This document shows positions 15,155 to 25,545 of a DNA stretch of 58,656 bases, one piece after another. Location: the IMG/VR virus record IMGVR_UViG_3300032334_000389, positions 1 through 58,656 of that record. The stretch is one strand, 5' to 3'. The notes below the pieces were generated by a model, which worked only from the letters and a program-made list of their open reading frames with translations, did no database searches and was not told the origin of the DNA. Source of the stretch: a virus. Taxonomy: Duplodnaviria; Caudoviricetes. Every line of letters begins with the position of its first letter. Positions within the stretch are counted from its first letter, which is position 1. The position numbers were made by a program, and so were the translations under genes.

Positions 15155-15633
15155 AGTTTTTAAAGACACATTACGGAAGAGCGATTAACGTAATTCCAAG
15201 CGACACAGTAAATATTCCTAACCCCGCTGGTCTTGGATTGACTGGAACTACTGACAACACTGGAACAAATCAGCTTAGAGACAGCTTAGCTAACTTTACA
15301 ACAAATCTTTTAGGGGCTATTGTTGTAAATACTACAACCACTGCAATTGCTAATGTTGTTGGTTTTGGAAATTCTGGAATATTAATTTTAGACGCTGATA
15401 TATTTACTAATTCAGGAGATAATTACGCCATCTACAACTCGGACAATAACCAGGGTTGTGCTATTTATATTCCAAAACAAGCGCCAGGACACTTAAAAGT
15501 TTTAACTATTGGAGGAGATCTTATTGATTTTATAGCTTGTGGAGACGAACAAGCAAGTATGATTCTTCCAGTAAATGTACTTAGAGTTTTCTCTACTGAC
15601 ATAGGATTAGCAAATCTAGTAGCACTCTGGTAA
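15151..15633 (+). CDS. Putative head spike-base/decoration protein (resembles the GTA Rcc01079-type fold, with an insertion)
   Basis: AINVIPSD...AIYI...LKVLTIGGD...ILPVNVLRV...LVALW pattern. Confidence 0.5.
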   Translation: MKFLKTHYGRAINVIPSDTVNIPNPAGLGLTGTTDNTGTNQLRDSLANFTTNLLGAIVVNTTTTAIANVVGFGNSGILILDADIFTNSGDNYAIYNSDNNQGCAIYIPKQAPGHLKVLTIGGDLIDFIACGDEQASMILPVNVLRVFSTDIGLANLVALW

Positions 15634-15634
15634 G

Positions 15635-15844
15635 ATGAGTAGAAAGAATCTAGATACGCTGATCAACAAGTGGATAAGTAGGAAGCTTTTTGTTTTCCTT
15701 GTAGCCACATTACTTCTTTGGCTTGCTGACCTTGAGTCATCAGACTGGACATTGATAGCTGTGGTGTACCTTGGAAGTCAGACTGTATTAGATTCAGTTG
15801 TTGCATACAATAAATCAAAGAATAATAATGGACAAGGAATATAG
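15635..15844 (+). CDS. Putative holin (two transmembrane segments)
   Basis: KWISRKLFVFLVATLLLW...IAVVYLGSQ; lies upstream of the endolysin. Confidence 0.6.
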   Translation: MSRKNLDTLINKWISRKLFVFLVATLLLWLADLESSDWTLIAVVYLGSQTVLDSVVAYNKSKNNNGQGI

Positions 15845-16124
15845 TGAGCGACTCGATAGGATCGAGCAGCACCTTAGACTATTAAAGGATAGTGATATAG
15901 ATAAGACTACTCTTCTTTTAAATATACAGAACGCGTTGACTGGAAGTGCACTTAATGGAAATAAGGGCATAGTAAAACAGATCAACGATATAGATGATAG
16001 GGTTGAAGAACTTGAAAAATTTAAGGGAGAGATATCTGTATACGTGAATCAGTTTAAGGTAGCGTTTGTCATTATATTTGGAGCACTTGTCACACTTATA
16101 TTTAAATTATTCTCTTTAAAATGA
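15828..16124 (+). CDS. Coiled-coil protein with C-terminal membrane anchor (holin/antiholin-like); start reassigned to MDKEY
   Basis: Part of ORF 15798..16124; heptad pattern and hydrophobic C-terminus in the lysis cassette. Confidence 0.55.
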   Translation: MDKEYSERLDRIEQHLRLLKDSDIDKTTLLLNIQNALTGSALNGNKGIVKQINDIDDRVEELEKFKGEISVYVNQFKVAFVIIFGALVTLIFKLFSLK

Positions 16125-16612
16125 GAACCAGTATAGTAGGAATTAACCTTATAAAGGAGTTTGAGTCTTTACACGATGGAGATTTATCACACATAGGGCT
16201 CCAACCAAAGATGGATCCGATAGGAATATGGACTGAAGGTTATGGAAAGGCTATGCGAGGAGACAATGGATGCTTCTTAAAAGGAAAGAAGGACAAAGAT
16301 AAGGCGTATGCTGGAATTACAATACATAACGAGGCAGAGGCAAACTCAGAATTAATAAAAAGTTTAGAAGGTCGTGAGCTGACAGTGTCTAAGAAGATAA
16401 AGATTCCGTTAACACAGAACCAGTTCGATGCCCTTGTGAGCTACACGTATAATACTGGAGGATCTGATACGCTGTTTAAACTTATAAATAAGAAGTCTCC
16501 AGAGGATCAGATAAGAAAGTGGTTCGAGACAAAGTATATAACAGCAAACGGAGTTAGGCTGCAAGGATTAGTGAGAAGGAGAAAGGCAGAGTCTGACTTA
16601 TTTTTTAAATAA
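16121..16612 (+). CDS. Endolysin, GH24 phage lysozyme
   Basis: LIKEFES, D..GIWTEGYG, LTQNQFDALVSYTYNTG and GLVRRRKAESDLF motifs. Confidence 0.9.
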   Translation: MRTSIVGINLIKEFESLHDGDLSHIGLQPKMDPIGIWTEGYGKAMRGDNGCFLKGKKDKDKAYAGITIHNEAEANSELIKSLEGRELTVSKKIKIPLTQNQFDALVSYTYNTGGSDTLFKLINKKSPEDQIRKWFETKYITANGVRLQGLVRRRKAESDLFFK

Positions 16613-17184
16613 TGAATAGAGTACCATACATAGTAATAGTTGTCTTAGTAATTGTTATAATATTAATGCGTAGTTGTAATAATGTTGATAGCAAAGAGAC
16701 AACATACATAAAAACTGATACAATCTGGAAAGAGACTAAGGATACGATAACAAAAAATGTAAAGGTTTTTAGTGTGAAGTATGTACCAGTTAAGGAACCT
16801 ATATTTACAAGTATAGATACCTGCAATAAAGAGTATAACAAACAGACAGTATATAGAGATACAATTAAGCTTGATAGCATTGGAGATATAAAAATTATAG
16901 ATACAGTATTTCAGAACAGGTTAGGTAAAAGAACTATACTTAAGGATTACAAAATACCTCTTGTTACCAAGACAATTACAATTATTAAAGCACAACAACC
17001 AAACAGACAGCTTTACATAGGAGGTAACTTGTTTGGTGACAGGAGAGCCCCACAGATGATAACCCCTGGGTTATTATATAAGGACAGGAAGGACAGAATT
17101 TATATGGCTAATGTTGGAGTTAATTTTGATGGCACCTTTACTTACGGTATCGGAGCTTATTGGAAGATAAAATTAAAAAAATAA
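16612..17184 (+). CDS. Membrane-anchored lysis accessory protein (spanin-like)
   Basis: N-terminal TM ending ..MRSC, repeated DTI motifs, beta-rich C-terminus; follows the endolysin. Confidence 0.5.
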   Translation: MNRVPYIVIVVLVIVIILMRSCNNVDSKETTYIKTDTIWKETKDTITKNVKVFSVKYVPVKEPIFTSIDTCNKEYNKQTVYRDTIKLDSIGDIKIIDTVFQNRLGKRTILKDYKIPLVTKTITIIKAQQPNRQLYIGGNLFGDRRAPQMITPGLLYKDRKDRIYMANVGVNFDGTFTYGIGAYWKIKLKK

Positions 17185-20169
17185 ATGACAAAGATAAGTC
17201 AATACAGTACAGATGTTAACATCACAGGTAACGACAAGTGGATTGGATCTGATGCTCAGAATTATCTGATAACAAAGAATTTTACTCCAAACAACTTAGC
17301 AAGCTTTTTTAATGGAAATAATGTTATAGATATTGGAACGTCTATACGTTATACGTACCAGACTTTAGATCCAGGTGAGTTAAGAAACCAAGGAACTATT
17401 TCATTTGAGACAGAGATAGGACCACAGGTTAACTTCTCTGCTATAACAACATTCCTGATAGCTAAGAACACACTAAAACAAAATGACGTAAGTGAGTATT
17501 TAAATTTCTTAATTGATGGAAAAGTATTACTGTCTAAGGCTAGTAATATAAATGTATTTGGTTACTACAAGATAACAAGCCTAACTCCTTGGATTACTAA
17601 TCCAGACTTCTTTGTAATTACCGTTGATTTCTTGGCTGGTAACGGATTCATATATGAAGATCTAGATTACCTAGTTAGTTTAGTGGATAAAGCACAGGAC
17701 TCTGTAGCTCCAACACTTCAAAGTGTTGTTAACGCTGGCAATGGAATTTCTAATTTTGGAGGAACAGGCATTGCGTCTATACAGTCTACAAACTTTACAA
17801 ATAATAGGACGTTATATTTAAATGATAACTCTTATCCAACTATAAGATTAGTTGATAACGGTAACGCATCTCATAATTTAACTATTGATCTTGATACTAT
17901 AAGTTTAAATGGTACATCATATAACTGGTCTACAATTGTAAATCCTACAGGATTTGTTCCATACACGGGTGCGACATCAAATGTTAATATCGGAATACAC
18001 AGTTTTATAGCAAATGATGGAGTATATAATTCAGAAATGTCTCCATCATATTTTGGCGTTGAAAATGCTGCTGCTACAACACTTGGTTTATTAGAATATA
18101 ATCAGTTATCTTTAGTAAGTCCAACTAGTTCTATGGCAATGACTGCTGCTGGAATTACATTTCCTAATGCTTCAGTGCAGGTTACAGCATTTCCTCCTGC
18201 AGGAGGTACAATATCTCAATATATAGCAGGTGATGGCTCATTAGCTACATTTCCAACTATACCAACAATTGGCACTTGGGGAACATTAAACTATCCAACC
18301 TGGACTACAGGTACACCATTTGTAAAAATGACTGCTGCTGGAACATTTGCTTTAGATACAAATACATATGTAACAACAGGTAATTCAAAATTACAGAATG
18401 CGTATGATAATTCTACTGATGGAAAAATAGTATTAGACCTTACAAGAGGAGCGTTTAAGGTTCGAGGAATAATAGGGACTACAAATATTATTGAAGGTTA
18501 TGCTGCAGGAATAAGCACTCCAGAGTTTTATGTAGATAATGTTTGTAATGTTATTGGAAAATATATATATGGTACCTGGTTTAATGTTGAGTATAATACA
18601 GGACTTCAAGATAATAGTGGAACTGTTCAGTTAAAACCACAGTACGATGGAATACCAGGGCAAGGAAGATGGGAAAGTAATCAAAGAATAAATTACCTAG
18701 CAGACTATTCAGCCTTATATTCAAATAGAAGTCTTATTGACAAAGGTTATGCTGACACAACTTATGTTCCAATATCAAGAACATTAACTATTAATGGTAC
18801 TACTTATGATTTAAGTACTGATAGAAGTTGGACAATAGCTGCAGGTGTATCATCAGTATCAGCAACATCTCCTATAACTTCTAGTGGAGGAGCAACACCT
18901 GTTATATCTACATCAATGTCTACTAATAAACTTATTGGTAGAAGTACTGCAGGCCCAGGTATAATGGAAGAAATTACTATTGGTAGTGGACTTACTTTAT
19001 CAGGAGGAACTTTATCTTCAAGTGGAAGCACATCTCCTCTTACTACTAAGGGTGATTTATATACATTTAATTCAACAAATACAAGGCTTCCTGTAGGGCT
19101 TGATACACAAATATTAATAGCAGATAGTACGACATCAACAGGATTAAAATGGGGAACCAATACTGCTGCTACACCAACAGGATATTACTTAGCAATATCA
19201 GATAGTACAACACAAGATAATCCTACAGCAAATATACCGAGAGCTGTAAAGTTTAATACTACAGATTTAGCTAATGGATTCTCTTTACAAACACAAACTG
19301 CTGTTTTTACAGGGACTATAAATAATGGTGGAGCAGGTGCAGGAACTATATTAACTGTTACAGGTGTTACGTCAGGAACATTAAAAGTAGGAATGGTATT
19401 GACAGGTGGCAGTATAACAGCAGGAACTTTTATATCTGCATTTACAAGTGGTACAGGGGGAATAGGTACTTATGTAGTATCAGTTTCTCAACTTAAAACC
19501 TCTGCTACTTATACAGGAACAATGACTTCTCAGATTGTTGTTGCTAATACAGGAATTTATAATTTGCAGTTTTCCTCTCAAATGGATAAGAGTGATTCAG
19601 GAGTTGATTATGTAAATTTTTGGTTGAGAAGAAATGGAACTGATGTAACTGCAAGTTCAGGTGTTATATCATTACAAGGTAATAGTCCTGCATATATGAT
19701 GGCTGCTTGGAATTATCTTATAGAATTAATAGCAGGAGATATAATAGAATTATATTGGGCAAGTACAGATATTAATATGTCAATATTATCAGAAACTGCT
19801 CAGACAAGTCCATTTGCACACCCTGCTGTTCAATCCACTATACTTACTATTACACAACAGAGTGGTATAATGGCAGGTACAGGAATGACTTCCTTAACCA
19901 CTACAGGATCAAGTGGACCTGCAACATATAACTCAGGTACAGGAGCATTAAATATACCTCAGTATATGAGTGCATCCACAAGAAGAAATGCAAACAATAG
20001 CTCAAATAATAATATAAACTATTGTGGAGTAGCTTTAGGAACAGGAGTGAGTGAAAGTTCAGCAGTGTGGACTATAACAAGATTAACAATAGCTGCAAGT
20101 GGTTCAATTACTACTGCAACTGCTACAAATGTAGCTTGGACAAATAGAGAATCAGCAATATATACATAA
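17185..20169 (+). CDS. Tail fibre / receptor-binding protein (994 aa)
   Basis: G/S/T-rich mosaic; [34 protein letters not shown] and LTTKGDL fibre motifs. Confidence 0.75.
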   Translation: MTKISQYSTDVNITGNDKWIGSDAQNYLITKNFTPNNLASFFNGNNVIDIGTSIRYTYQTLDPGELRNQGTISFETEIGPQVNFSAITTFLIAKNTLKQNDVSEYLNFLIDGKVLLSKASNINVFGYYKITSLTPWITNPDFFVITVDFLAGNGFIYEDLDYLVSLVDKAQDSVAPTLQSVVNAGNGISNFGGTGIASIQSTNFTNNRTLYLNDNSYPTIRLVDNGNASHNLTIDLDTISLNGTSYNWSTIVNPTGFVPYTGATSNVNIGIHSFIANDGVYNSEMSPSYFGVENAAATTLGLLEYNQLSLVSPTSSMAMTAAGITFPNASVQVTAFPPAGGTISQYIAGDGSLATFPTIPTIGTWGTLNYPTWTTGTPFVKMTAAGTFALDTNTYVTTGNSKLQNAYDNSTDGKIVLDLTRGAFKVRGIIGTTNIIEGYAAGISTPEFYVDNVCNVIGKYIYGTWFNVEYNTGLQDNSGTVQLKPQYDGIPGQGRWESNQRINYLADYSALYSNRSLIDKGYADTTYVPISRTLTINGTTYDLSTDRSWTIAAGVSSVSATSPITSSGGATPVISTSMSTNKLIGRSTAGPGIMEEITIGSGLTLSGGTLSSSGSTSPLTTKGDLYTFNSTNTRLPVGLDTQILIADSTTSTGLKWGTNTAATPTGYYLAISDSTTQDNPTANIPRAVKFNTTDLANGFSLQTQTAVFTGTINNGGAGAGTILTVTGVTSGTLKVGMVLTGGSITAGTFISAFTSGTGGIGTYVVSVSQLKTSATYTGTMTSQIVVANTGIYNLQFSSQMDKSDSGVDYVNFWLRRNGTDVTASSGVISLQGNSPAYMMAAWNYLIELIAGDIIELYWASTDINMSILSETAQTSPFAHPAVQSTILTITQQSGIMAGTGMTSLTTTGSSGPATYNSGTGALNIPQYMSASTRRNANNSSNNNINYCGVALGTGVSESSAVWTITRLTIAASGSITTATATNVAWTNRESAIYT

Positions 20170-20180
20170 AAAATAAAATT

Positions 20181-20471
20181 ATGCCAATTACAAGTACAAA
20201 CCCAATTGAAGTAGATGGAAATGTTTATCCATACTATATGATTAATTTAGCAATATCTCCACTAGTTAAACCAACTGATATAGGTGGTAGTGTAGCTATG
20301 AGATTAACACCTTATAGATTATTAGATGATGGAAGTTCAGTAAGTTTACCAGATAATTCTATTCCTATCACTTATATGGATGTTTTTGAAAGTGGAGATG
20401 CAGATGCTATAAATGCAGCTATAACTATTATGGGTGCTTTGCAAACATTTATTAACGAAAAAAGTCTTTAA
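20181..20471 (+). CDS. Hypothetical fibre-associated protein (96 aa)
   Basis: Lies between two fibre-like genes. Confidence 0.65.
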   Translation: MPITSTNPIEVDGNVYPYYMINLAISPLVKPTDIGGSVAMRLTPYRLLDDGSSVSLPDNSIPITYMDVFESGDADAINAAITIMGALQTFINEKSL

Positions 20472-20473
20472 TT

Positions 20474-21736
20474 ATGGCAGTTAGATATGCAGTAGCAAGT
20501 GGTAATTGGAGTAATACTGCTACTTGGAATGGTGGTACATTACCAACAAGTGCAGACGATGTTTATGCAAATGGTTTTACTGTTACTATAAATGGTACTT
20601 TTACTGTATTATCAATTAGAAATACATTAAATGCAGCACCTGTTGTTTTAGCAGGTGGACAATTTATATATGCAAATGGTGGTAATTTAACTTGTACTGC
20701 TACACAAGCTATTTATGTTGGTTCAACTACTCCAACTTTAGAAATGACTTTGGCAAGTGGAAATACTGCAACATTTAATGGAAGTATTGCAACATTAACA
20801 CAAACTGCATCTTATAATTGTATTAGGTTATCTAATTCGGGTACATTAAATTGTAATGGTAATTATAGTATTGATGGTTCAGCAACTGCTAATAGATATA
20901 TAATCCAAAGTACATCAACTGGAACACTTAATATAGTAGGAGATTTATCATTAACAAGCACTTCAGGTGGTGGTTTTGCAAATGCTTTAAATATAGCTGG
21001 AACTGGAACTACAAATATTACAGGAAATATAACAGGTGGGCCAGCTGGTGCTTTAGGAGTAGTTACAATATTAGGAACTGCTGCTGGACCAATTAATATT
21101 ACAGGAAATGCAAGTACAACAGGTTATCCTGCTATTGGTTTAAATACAAGTAATACTTTGACTGTAATAGGAAATGTATCAACAACAGGAACACAACCTG
21201 CAATATTTAATCAAACAGTAGCTGCTACAATATCAATTACAGGAATAGTAACAGCAGGAGTATCAGCACCAGCTATTTATTCTTCATTTGCATTACAAAC
21301 AAGTTATTCATCAGGAACTTATGTAAAAGTAAGTGGTAATGTAATTAATTCAACTAATAATATGGCTATTGTAGCACCAAGAGTTGCTATTGATATAAAT
21401 ACTTCAAGTTGGTTATTTCAAATTAGTACAGGTGGTAATAGAACATTATATGCAGCTGGTGTTGCTTTAGGAAATCCTGCAACAACAAATGTAAGAAGTG
21501 GAACAGTTTATGGAGCATCAAGTGAATTAACAGGAACATTAATTGTACCATCTCCTTCTAATGTATTACAGGGTGTTGGAACAGATGCTACAGTGGGAAC
21601 ATTGTTAATGACACCAGCACAATTTTGGAACTACCTAATTAGCAGTGGTTTCACAGCAAATAGTATTGGAGATAGATTACAAAATGCAAGCACTGTTGCT
21701 ACAACTGGTGGACAAATAGCATCATATAATATCTAA
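20474..21736 (+). CDS. Beta-helix-like virion/fibre protein (420 aa)
   Basis: ASGNWSNTATWNGG start, repeated INITGN motifs, PATTNVRSGTVYG. Confidence 0.65.
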   Translation: MAVRYAVASGNWSNTATWNGGTLPTSADDVYANGFTVTINGTFTVLSIRNTLNAAPVVLAGGQFIYANGGNLTCTATQAIYVGSTTPTLEMTLASGNTATFNGSIATLTQTASYNCIRLSNSGTLNCNGNYSIDGSATANRYIIQSTSTGTLNIVGDLSLTSTSGGGFANALNIAGTGTTNITGNITGGPAGALGVVTILGTAAGPINITGNASTTGYPAIGLNTSNTLTVIGNVSTTGTQPAIFNQTVAATISITGIVTAGVSAPAIYSSFALQTSYSSGTYVKVSGNVINSTNNMAIVAPRVAIDINTSSWLFQISTGGNRTLYAAGVALGNPATTNVRSGTVYGASSELTGTLIVPSPSNVLQGVGTDATVGTLLMTPAQFWNYLISSGFTANSIGDRLQNASTVATTGGQIASYNI

Positions 21737-21746
21737 AATAATTTTA

Positions 21747-21754
21747 TATCTTTG
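21747..21754 (+). promoter_or_regulatory. Bacteroidota -7 box
   Basis: TATCTTTG(TA), 16 nt before the ATG at 21771. Confidence 0.65.
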
Positions 21755-21770
21755 TAAAAAATTTAATAAA

Positions 21771-22019
21771 ATGAAAGCAATAGAAAAACAAGAATTAGAA
21801 ACATTAAGAGAATTAAACAAGAGCTTCATAGAACTTAGAACAAAGTTAGCAGATTTAGAGATTGCAAATCGAAATATCCAATCTCAAAAAAATTTAGTAT
21901 TTAGTGATATGGATAAGTTATCATCTGAATTTAAATCAATAGAGGCTGACTTGCTAGAGAAGTACGGAAATGTAAAGATAAACTTAGAAACAGGAGAAAT
22001 AACAGATGACAAAGATTAG
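21771..22019 (+). CDS. Coiled-coil hypothetical protein (82 aa)
   Basis: Heptad repeats ending LEKYGNVKINLETGEI. Confidence 0.75.
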   Translation: MKAIEKQELETLRELNKSFIELRTKLADLEIANRNIQSQKNLVFSDMDKLSSEFKSIEADLLEKYGNVKINLETGEITDDKD

Positions 22020-22254
22020 TCAATACCCTATACTTTCAAATCCTACAAATGAGGATATATTAATCGGTACAGATGTAAATAGCTCTGATGAGACTAAGAA
22101 CTTTAGTATTGGAAGTATTATTGCGTTAGCATTAAATATGCCAAATCTTACAAATATACCATCTTATAATGATAACACATCTGCTATAACTGGTGGATTG
22201 GTAGATGGTGATGTTTATAGAACAGGGGACTTATTGAAAATAGTTCACCCTTAA
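22006..22254 (+). CDS. Mini fibre-like protein combining the N-terminal module of 17185 with the C-terminal module of 28021
   Basis: MTKISQY...IGTD...TKNF and YNDNTSAITGGL..GDVYRT...KI. Confidence 0.7.
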   Translation: MTKISQYPILSNPTNEDILIGTDVNSSDETKNFSIGSIIALALNMPNLTNIPSYNDNTSAITGGLVDGDVYRTGDLLKIVHP

Positions 22255-22273
22255 TAATTTAAAATTAAATCTA

Positions 22274-22501
22274 ATGGACGTAATAAGAAAGATATCAGTT
22301 GGCGCTGATTATAAGAATGGCGCTATGCACTACATAGTAGGTCAGGATGTTCTTAGCGGTAGCCATAGGATAAATCATATCGGAATAAATGAAAGCACTG
22401 GAGATTTTGAGATCTGGATCGAGAAGGATGACGAGATTAAGAAGTGGAAGAAGTTTAACGCTAATATGCCTATATCTACAGAGAATAATATTGACTTCTA
22501 A
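22274..22501 (+). CDS. Hypothetical protein (75 aa)
   Basis: IRKISVGADYKNGAMHYIVGQ; packaging module. Confidence 0.8.
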   Translation: MDVIRKISVGADYKNGAMHYIVGQDVLSGSHRINHIGINESTGDFEIWIEKDDEIKKWKKFNANMPISTENNIDF

Positions 22502-23067
22502 TGAAATCTCCATTTTACTTTGTCGTTAGACCTACAAACGGTAGGAGGTACGACAATATAAAGAAGATAGGCGGTATCGACTTTATAACCAGTGTATCTC
22601 AGGAGGACCACACGGCAACTAATAGGTTTGCTGAGGTTGTGTCAGTCCCAAATAACTATGTTGGCGACATCTGTGTCGGTGACATACTTCTAGTTCACCA
22701 CAACACGTTTAAAATTTATTATGATATGAAAGGTCAGGAGAGGAGCGGAACTAGCTTCTTGAAGGATGATCTTTTCTTTGTAGATGAGGATCAGTACTTT
22801 ATGTACAACCACAACGGAGAGTGGAGTACACACTCTAAGTACTGCTTCATAAAGCCAGTGAAGACTCGTGAGTCATACATAAGCAAGTGTGGCGTATACG
22901 AGCCGCTTATTGGGGTTGTTAAGTACTCAAATAGTGAGCTTAGAGATTTAGGAGTTGTAGAGGGCGACGAGGTATCATTTGAGCCAGATAGCGAGTACGA
23001 GTTTACTATTGACGGAGAGAAACTGTATAGGATGTTCACTAAAAATATTACAATTAAATGGAACTAA
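22501..23067 (+). CDS. Protein with two tandem GroES-like domains
   Basis: AEVVSVP...VGDILLVHH and GVVKYSN...GVVEGDEVSF...FTIDGEKLYRM. Confidence 0.55.
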   Translation: MKSPFYFVVRPTNGRRYDNIKKIGGIDFITSVSQEDHTATNRFAEVVSVPNNYVGDICVGDILLVHHNTFKIYYDMKGQERSGTSFLKDDLFFVDEDQYFMYNHNGEWSTHSKYCFIKPVKTRESYISKCGVYEPLIGVVKYSNSELRDLGVVEGDEVSFEPDSEYEFTIDGEKLYRMFTKNITIKWN

Positions 23068-23330
23068 CGGATATAAAGAAGAGAATCATCGAGGCTGGAT
23101 ACAAAGCTGTTGATGAACTTATAAAGGTTGCTGAAGATAAGATTATCACTGGTGACGATACAGACCTTACGGCAGATAAACTCAAGAATGCTGCTGCAAC
23201 AAAAAGGCTTGCGATAGAAGATGCCTTTCAAATACTTAATCGAATTGAATTAGAAAAGGAATTAATCAATGGGGAGTCAAAAACAAAAGAACCTACAATC
23301 AAAGGATTCGCAGAGGGAAGGTCTAAGTAA
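23058..23330 (+). CDS. Putative terminase small subunit
   Basis: Small helical protein immediately upstream of the large terminase. Confidence 0.5.
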   Translation: MELTDIKKRIIEAGYKAVDELIKVAEDKIITGDDTDLTADKLKNAAATKRLAIEDAFQILNRIELEKELINGESKTKEPTIKGFAEGRSK

Positions 23331-25545
23331 CGTAGTTCATAACTTGATTCCAACCGCTATTCTTACTGGTGGTAATAACAAGAAATCTTGGGAGTATGGA
23401 TACAATGAGAAGTATGACATAGTTGTAATCTCTAAGGACGGAACCATTGGCGAGATATACAACATAAATGGATTAAATATTGCACTACCTCTCGTCCCAA
23501 ATAAAGTACATAAAAGGGACGAAAAGAAGGAAAAACAGTACTGGGAGGCGGCAGATTATCCAAAGGAACTACATAATATAAAGTCTATATTCCAGTGGCA
23601 CACGATGCAGAAGGATTTCAAGGCTAAGTGGGTTGACTATATAGAGAACGAATTTGTTAGGCGAGAGGATGGTATGTTCTTTATGAATAACGGAGTTCCT
23701 ACGTACATAACAGGTAGTCACTATATGTACCTTCAGTGGACAAAGATTGACGTAGGGCATCCTGACTTCCGCGAGGCTAACAGGATATTCTTTATCTTCT
23801 GGGAGGCCTGCAAGGCTGATGACAGGTGTTTTGGTATGACGTACCTAAAGATCAGACGTTCTGGGTTCTCATTTATGGCATCGTCAGAGTCTGTAAACGT
23901 GGCAACACTTGCAAAGAATGCAAGGATTGGGATATGTTCAAAGACTGGAGGAGATGCTAAGGCGATGTTTACCGATAAGGTTGTGCCTATATCAAGCAAC
24001 TACCCTTTCTTCTTTAAGCCTATTATGGACGGTATGGATAAACCAAAGACAGAGTTAGCATACCGAGTACCAGCATCTAAGATTACTAAGAAGAATATGT
24101 ACGAGAGCGATAACTCAAACCTTGAGGGATTGGATACATCTATTGACTGGAGTAATACATCTGACAACTCATATGACGGTGAGAAGCTGAAGTTACTTAT
24201 TGAGGACGAGTCTGGTAAGTTAGAAAAACCAAACAATATACTAAACGGGTGGAGGGTTCGTAAGACCTGTCTTCGTTTGGGTAGTAAGATTATTGGAAAG
24301 TGTTTAATGGGATCAACAGTTAATGCATTAGAAAAGGGTGGTGGAAACTTTAAGAAATTATACGAGGACTCTAAGATTAATACTAGAAACGCAAATGGGC
24401 AGACTAAGACTGGACTATACGCTCTGTTTATTCCTATGGAGTGGAATTTTGAGGGTTATATTGATAGGTATGGTATGCCTGTTTTTAGACAGCCTAATGA
24501 ACCGATAGAAGGTGTAGACGGAAGATCTATAAGGATAGGAGCTATTGACTTCTGGGAGAATGAGGTAGACTCACTAAAGAATGATCCTGACGCGCTTAAC
24601 GAGTTTTATCGTCAGTTTCCACGAACAGAGAGTCACGCGTTTAGAGACGAGAGCAAGGCATCTATATTTAACCTTACAAAGATATACCAACAGATAGATT
24701 ACAACGACTCTCTTATAAAGGATAGGGTTCTTACAAGGGGTTCTTTTCACTGGAAGGACGGTAAGGAAGACTCTACAGTTGTATGGACTCCAGACATAAG
24801 AGGTAGATTCTTAGTATCTTGGATACCATCTAATCAGCTTATGAATAACGTAATCACAAGGAACGGAGTTAAGCACCCTGGTAACGAACATATTGGAGCA
24901 TTCGGATGTGATCCATACGACATATCTGGAACAGTTGGTGGTGGAGGATCTAAGGGAGCTCTTCACGGACTTACTAAATTTAATATGGACAACGCACCAA
25001 GCAACGAGTTCTTCCTTGAGTATATAGCTAGACCGCAGACGGCAGAGATATTCTTTGAGGATGTCCTTATGGCGTGCGTATTCTACGGTATGCCAGTGCT
25101 TATAGAGAATAACAAGCAGAGGTTATTGTATCATTTTAAGACAAGAGGCTACAGAGCTTTTTCTTTAAATAGACCTGACAAACCATCTCACAAGCTCTCT
25201 AAGACAGAAAAAGAACTTGGTGGAATACCTAACTCATCTGAAGATGTTAAGCACGCTCACGCGTCTGGAATTGAGTCGTATATAGAGAAGTACGTAGGAT
25301 TAGATCTAGAGGCTACGTACAGGGATCCAGATGAGATGGGATCTATGTACTTTACAAAGACACTTGAGGACTGGGCAAAGTTTGATATAAATGATAGAAC
25401 CAAATTTGATGCTGCAATTAGTTCAGGATTAGCCATAATGGCAACGCAAAGATCCACCTTTCAGGCAGTTAAAAAAGATTCGAAAATAAGTATTAAATTT
25501 GCAAGATATAATAACAACGGAAGATATAGCGAAATAGTAAAGTAA
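23269..25545 (+). CDS. terL: Terminase large subunit
   Basis: Walker A-like KIRRSGFS, Walker B LIEDESGK, MGST coupling motif, nuclease FGCDPYD, LIENNK and KFDAAIS. Confidence 0.9.
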   Translation: MGSQKQKNLQSKDSQREGLSNVVHNLIPTAILTGGNNKKSWEYGYNEKYDIVVISKDGTIGEIYNINGLNIALPLVPNKVHKRDEKKEKQYWEAADYPKELHNIKSIFQWHTMQKDFKAKWVDYIENEFVRREDGMFFMNNGVPTYITGSHYMYLQWTKIDVGHPDFREANRIFFIFWEACKADDRCFGMTYLKIRRSGFSFMASSESVNVATLAKNARIGICSKTGGDAKAMFTDKVVPISSNYPFFFKPIMDGMDKPKTELAYRVPASKITKKNMYESDNSNLEGLDTSIDWSNTSDNSYDGEKLKLLIEDESGKLEKPNNILNGWRVRKTCLRLGSKIIGKCLMGSTVNALEKGGGNFKKLYEDSKINTRNANGQTKTGLYALFIPMEWNFEGYIDRYGMPVFRQPNEPIEGVDGRSIRIGAIDFWENEVDSLKNDPDALNEFYRQFPRTESHAFRDESKASIFNLTKIYQQIDYNDSLIKDRVLTRGSFHWKDGKEDSTVVWTPDIRGRFLVSWIPSNQLMNNVITRNGVKHPGNEHIGAFGCDPYDISGTVGGGGSKGALHGLTKFNMDNAPSNEFFLEYIARPQTAEIFFEDVLMACVFYGMPVLIENNKQRLLYHFKTRGYRAFSLNRPDKPSHKLSKTEKELGGIPNSSEDVKHAHASGIESYIEKYVGLDLEATYRDPDEMGSMYFTKTLEDWAKFDINDRTKFDAAISSGLAIMATQRSTFQAVKKDSKISIKFARYNNNGRYSEIVK
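25494..25501 (+). promoter_or_regulatory. Bacteroidota -7 box inside the end of terL, upstream of the portal gene
   Basis: TAAATTTG(CA), 44 nt before the portal ATG. Confidence 0.5.

Noticed and set aside
17185-21736. Diversity-generating retroelement acting on fibre genes
   Set aside because: No reverse transcriptase and no adenine-variant template/variable repeat pair noticed
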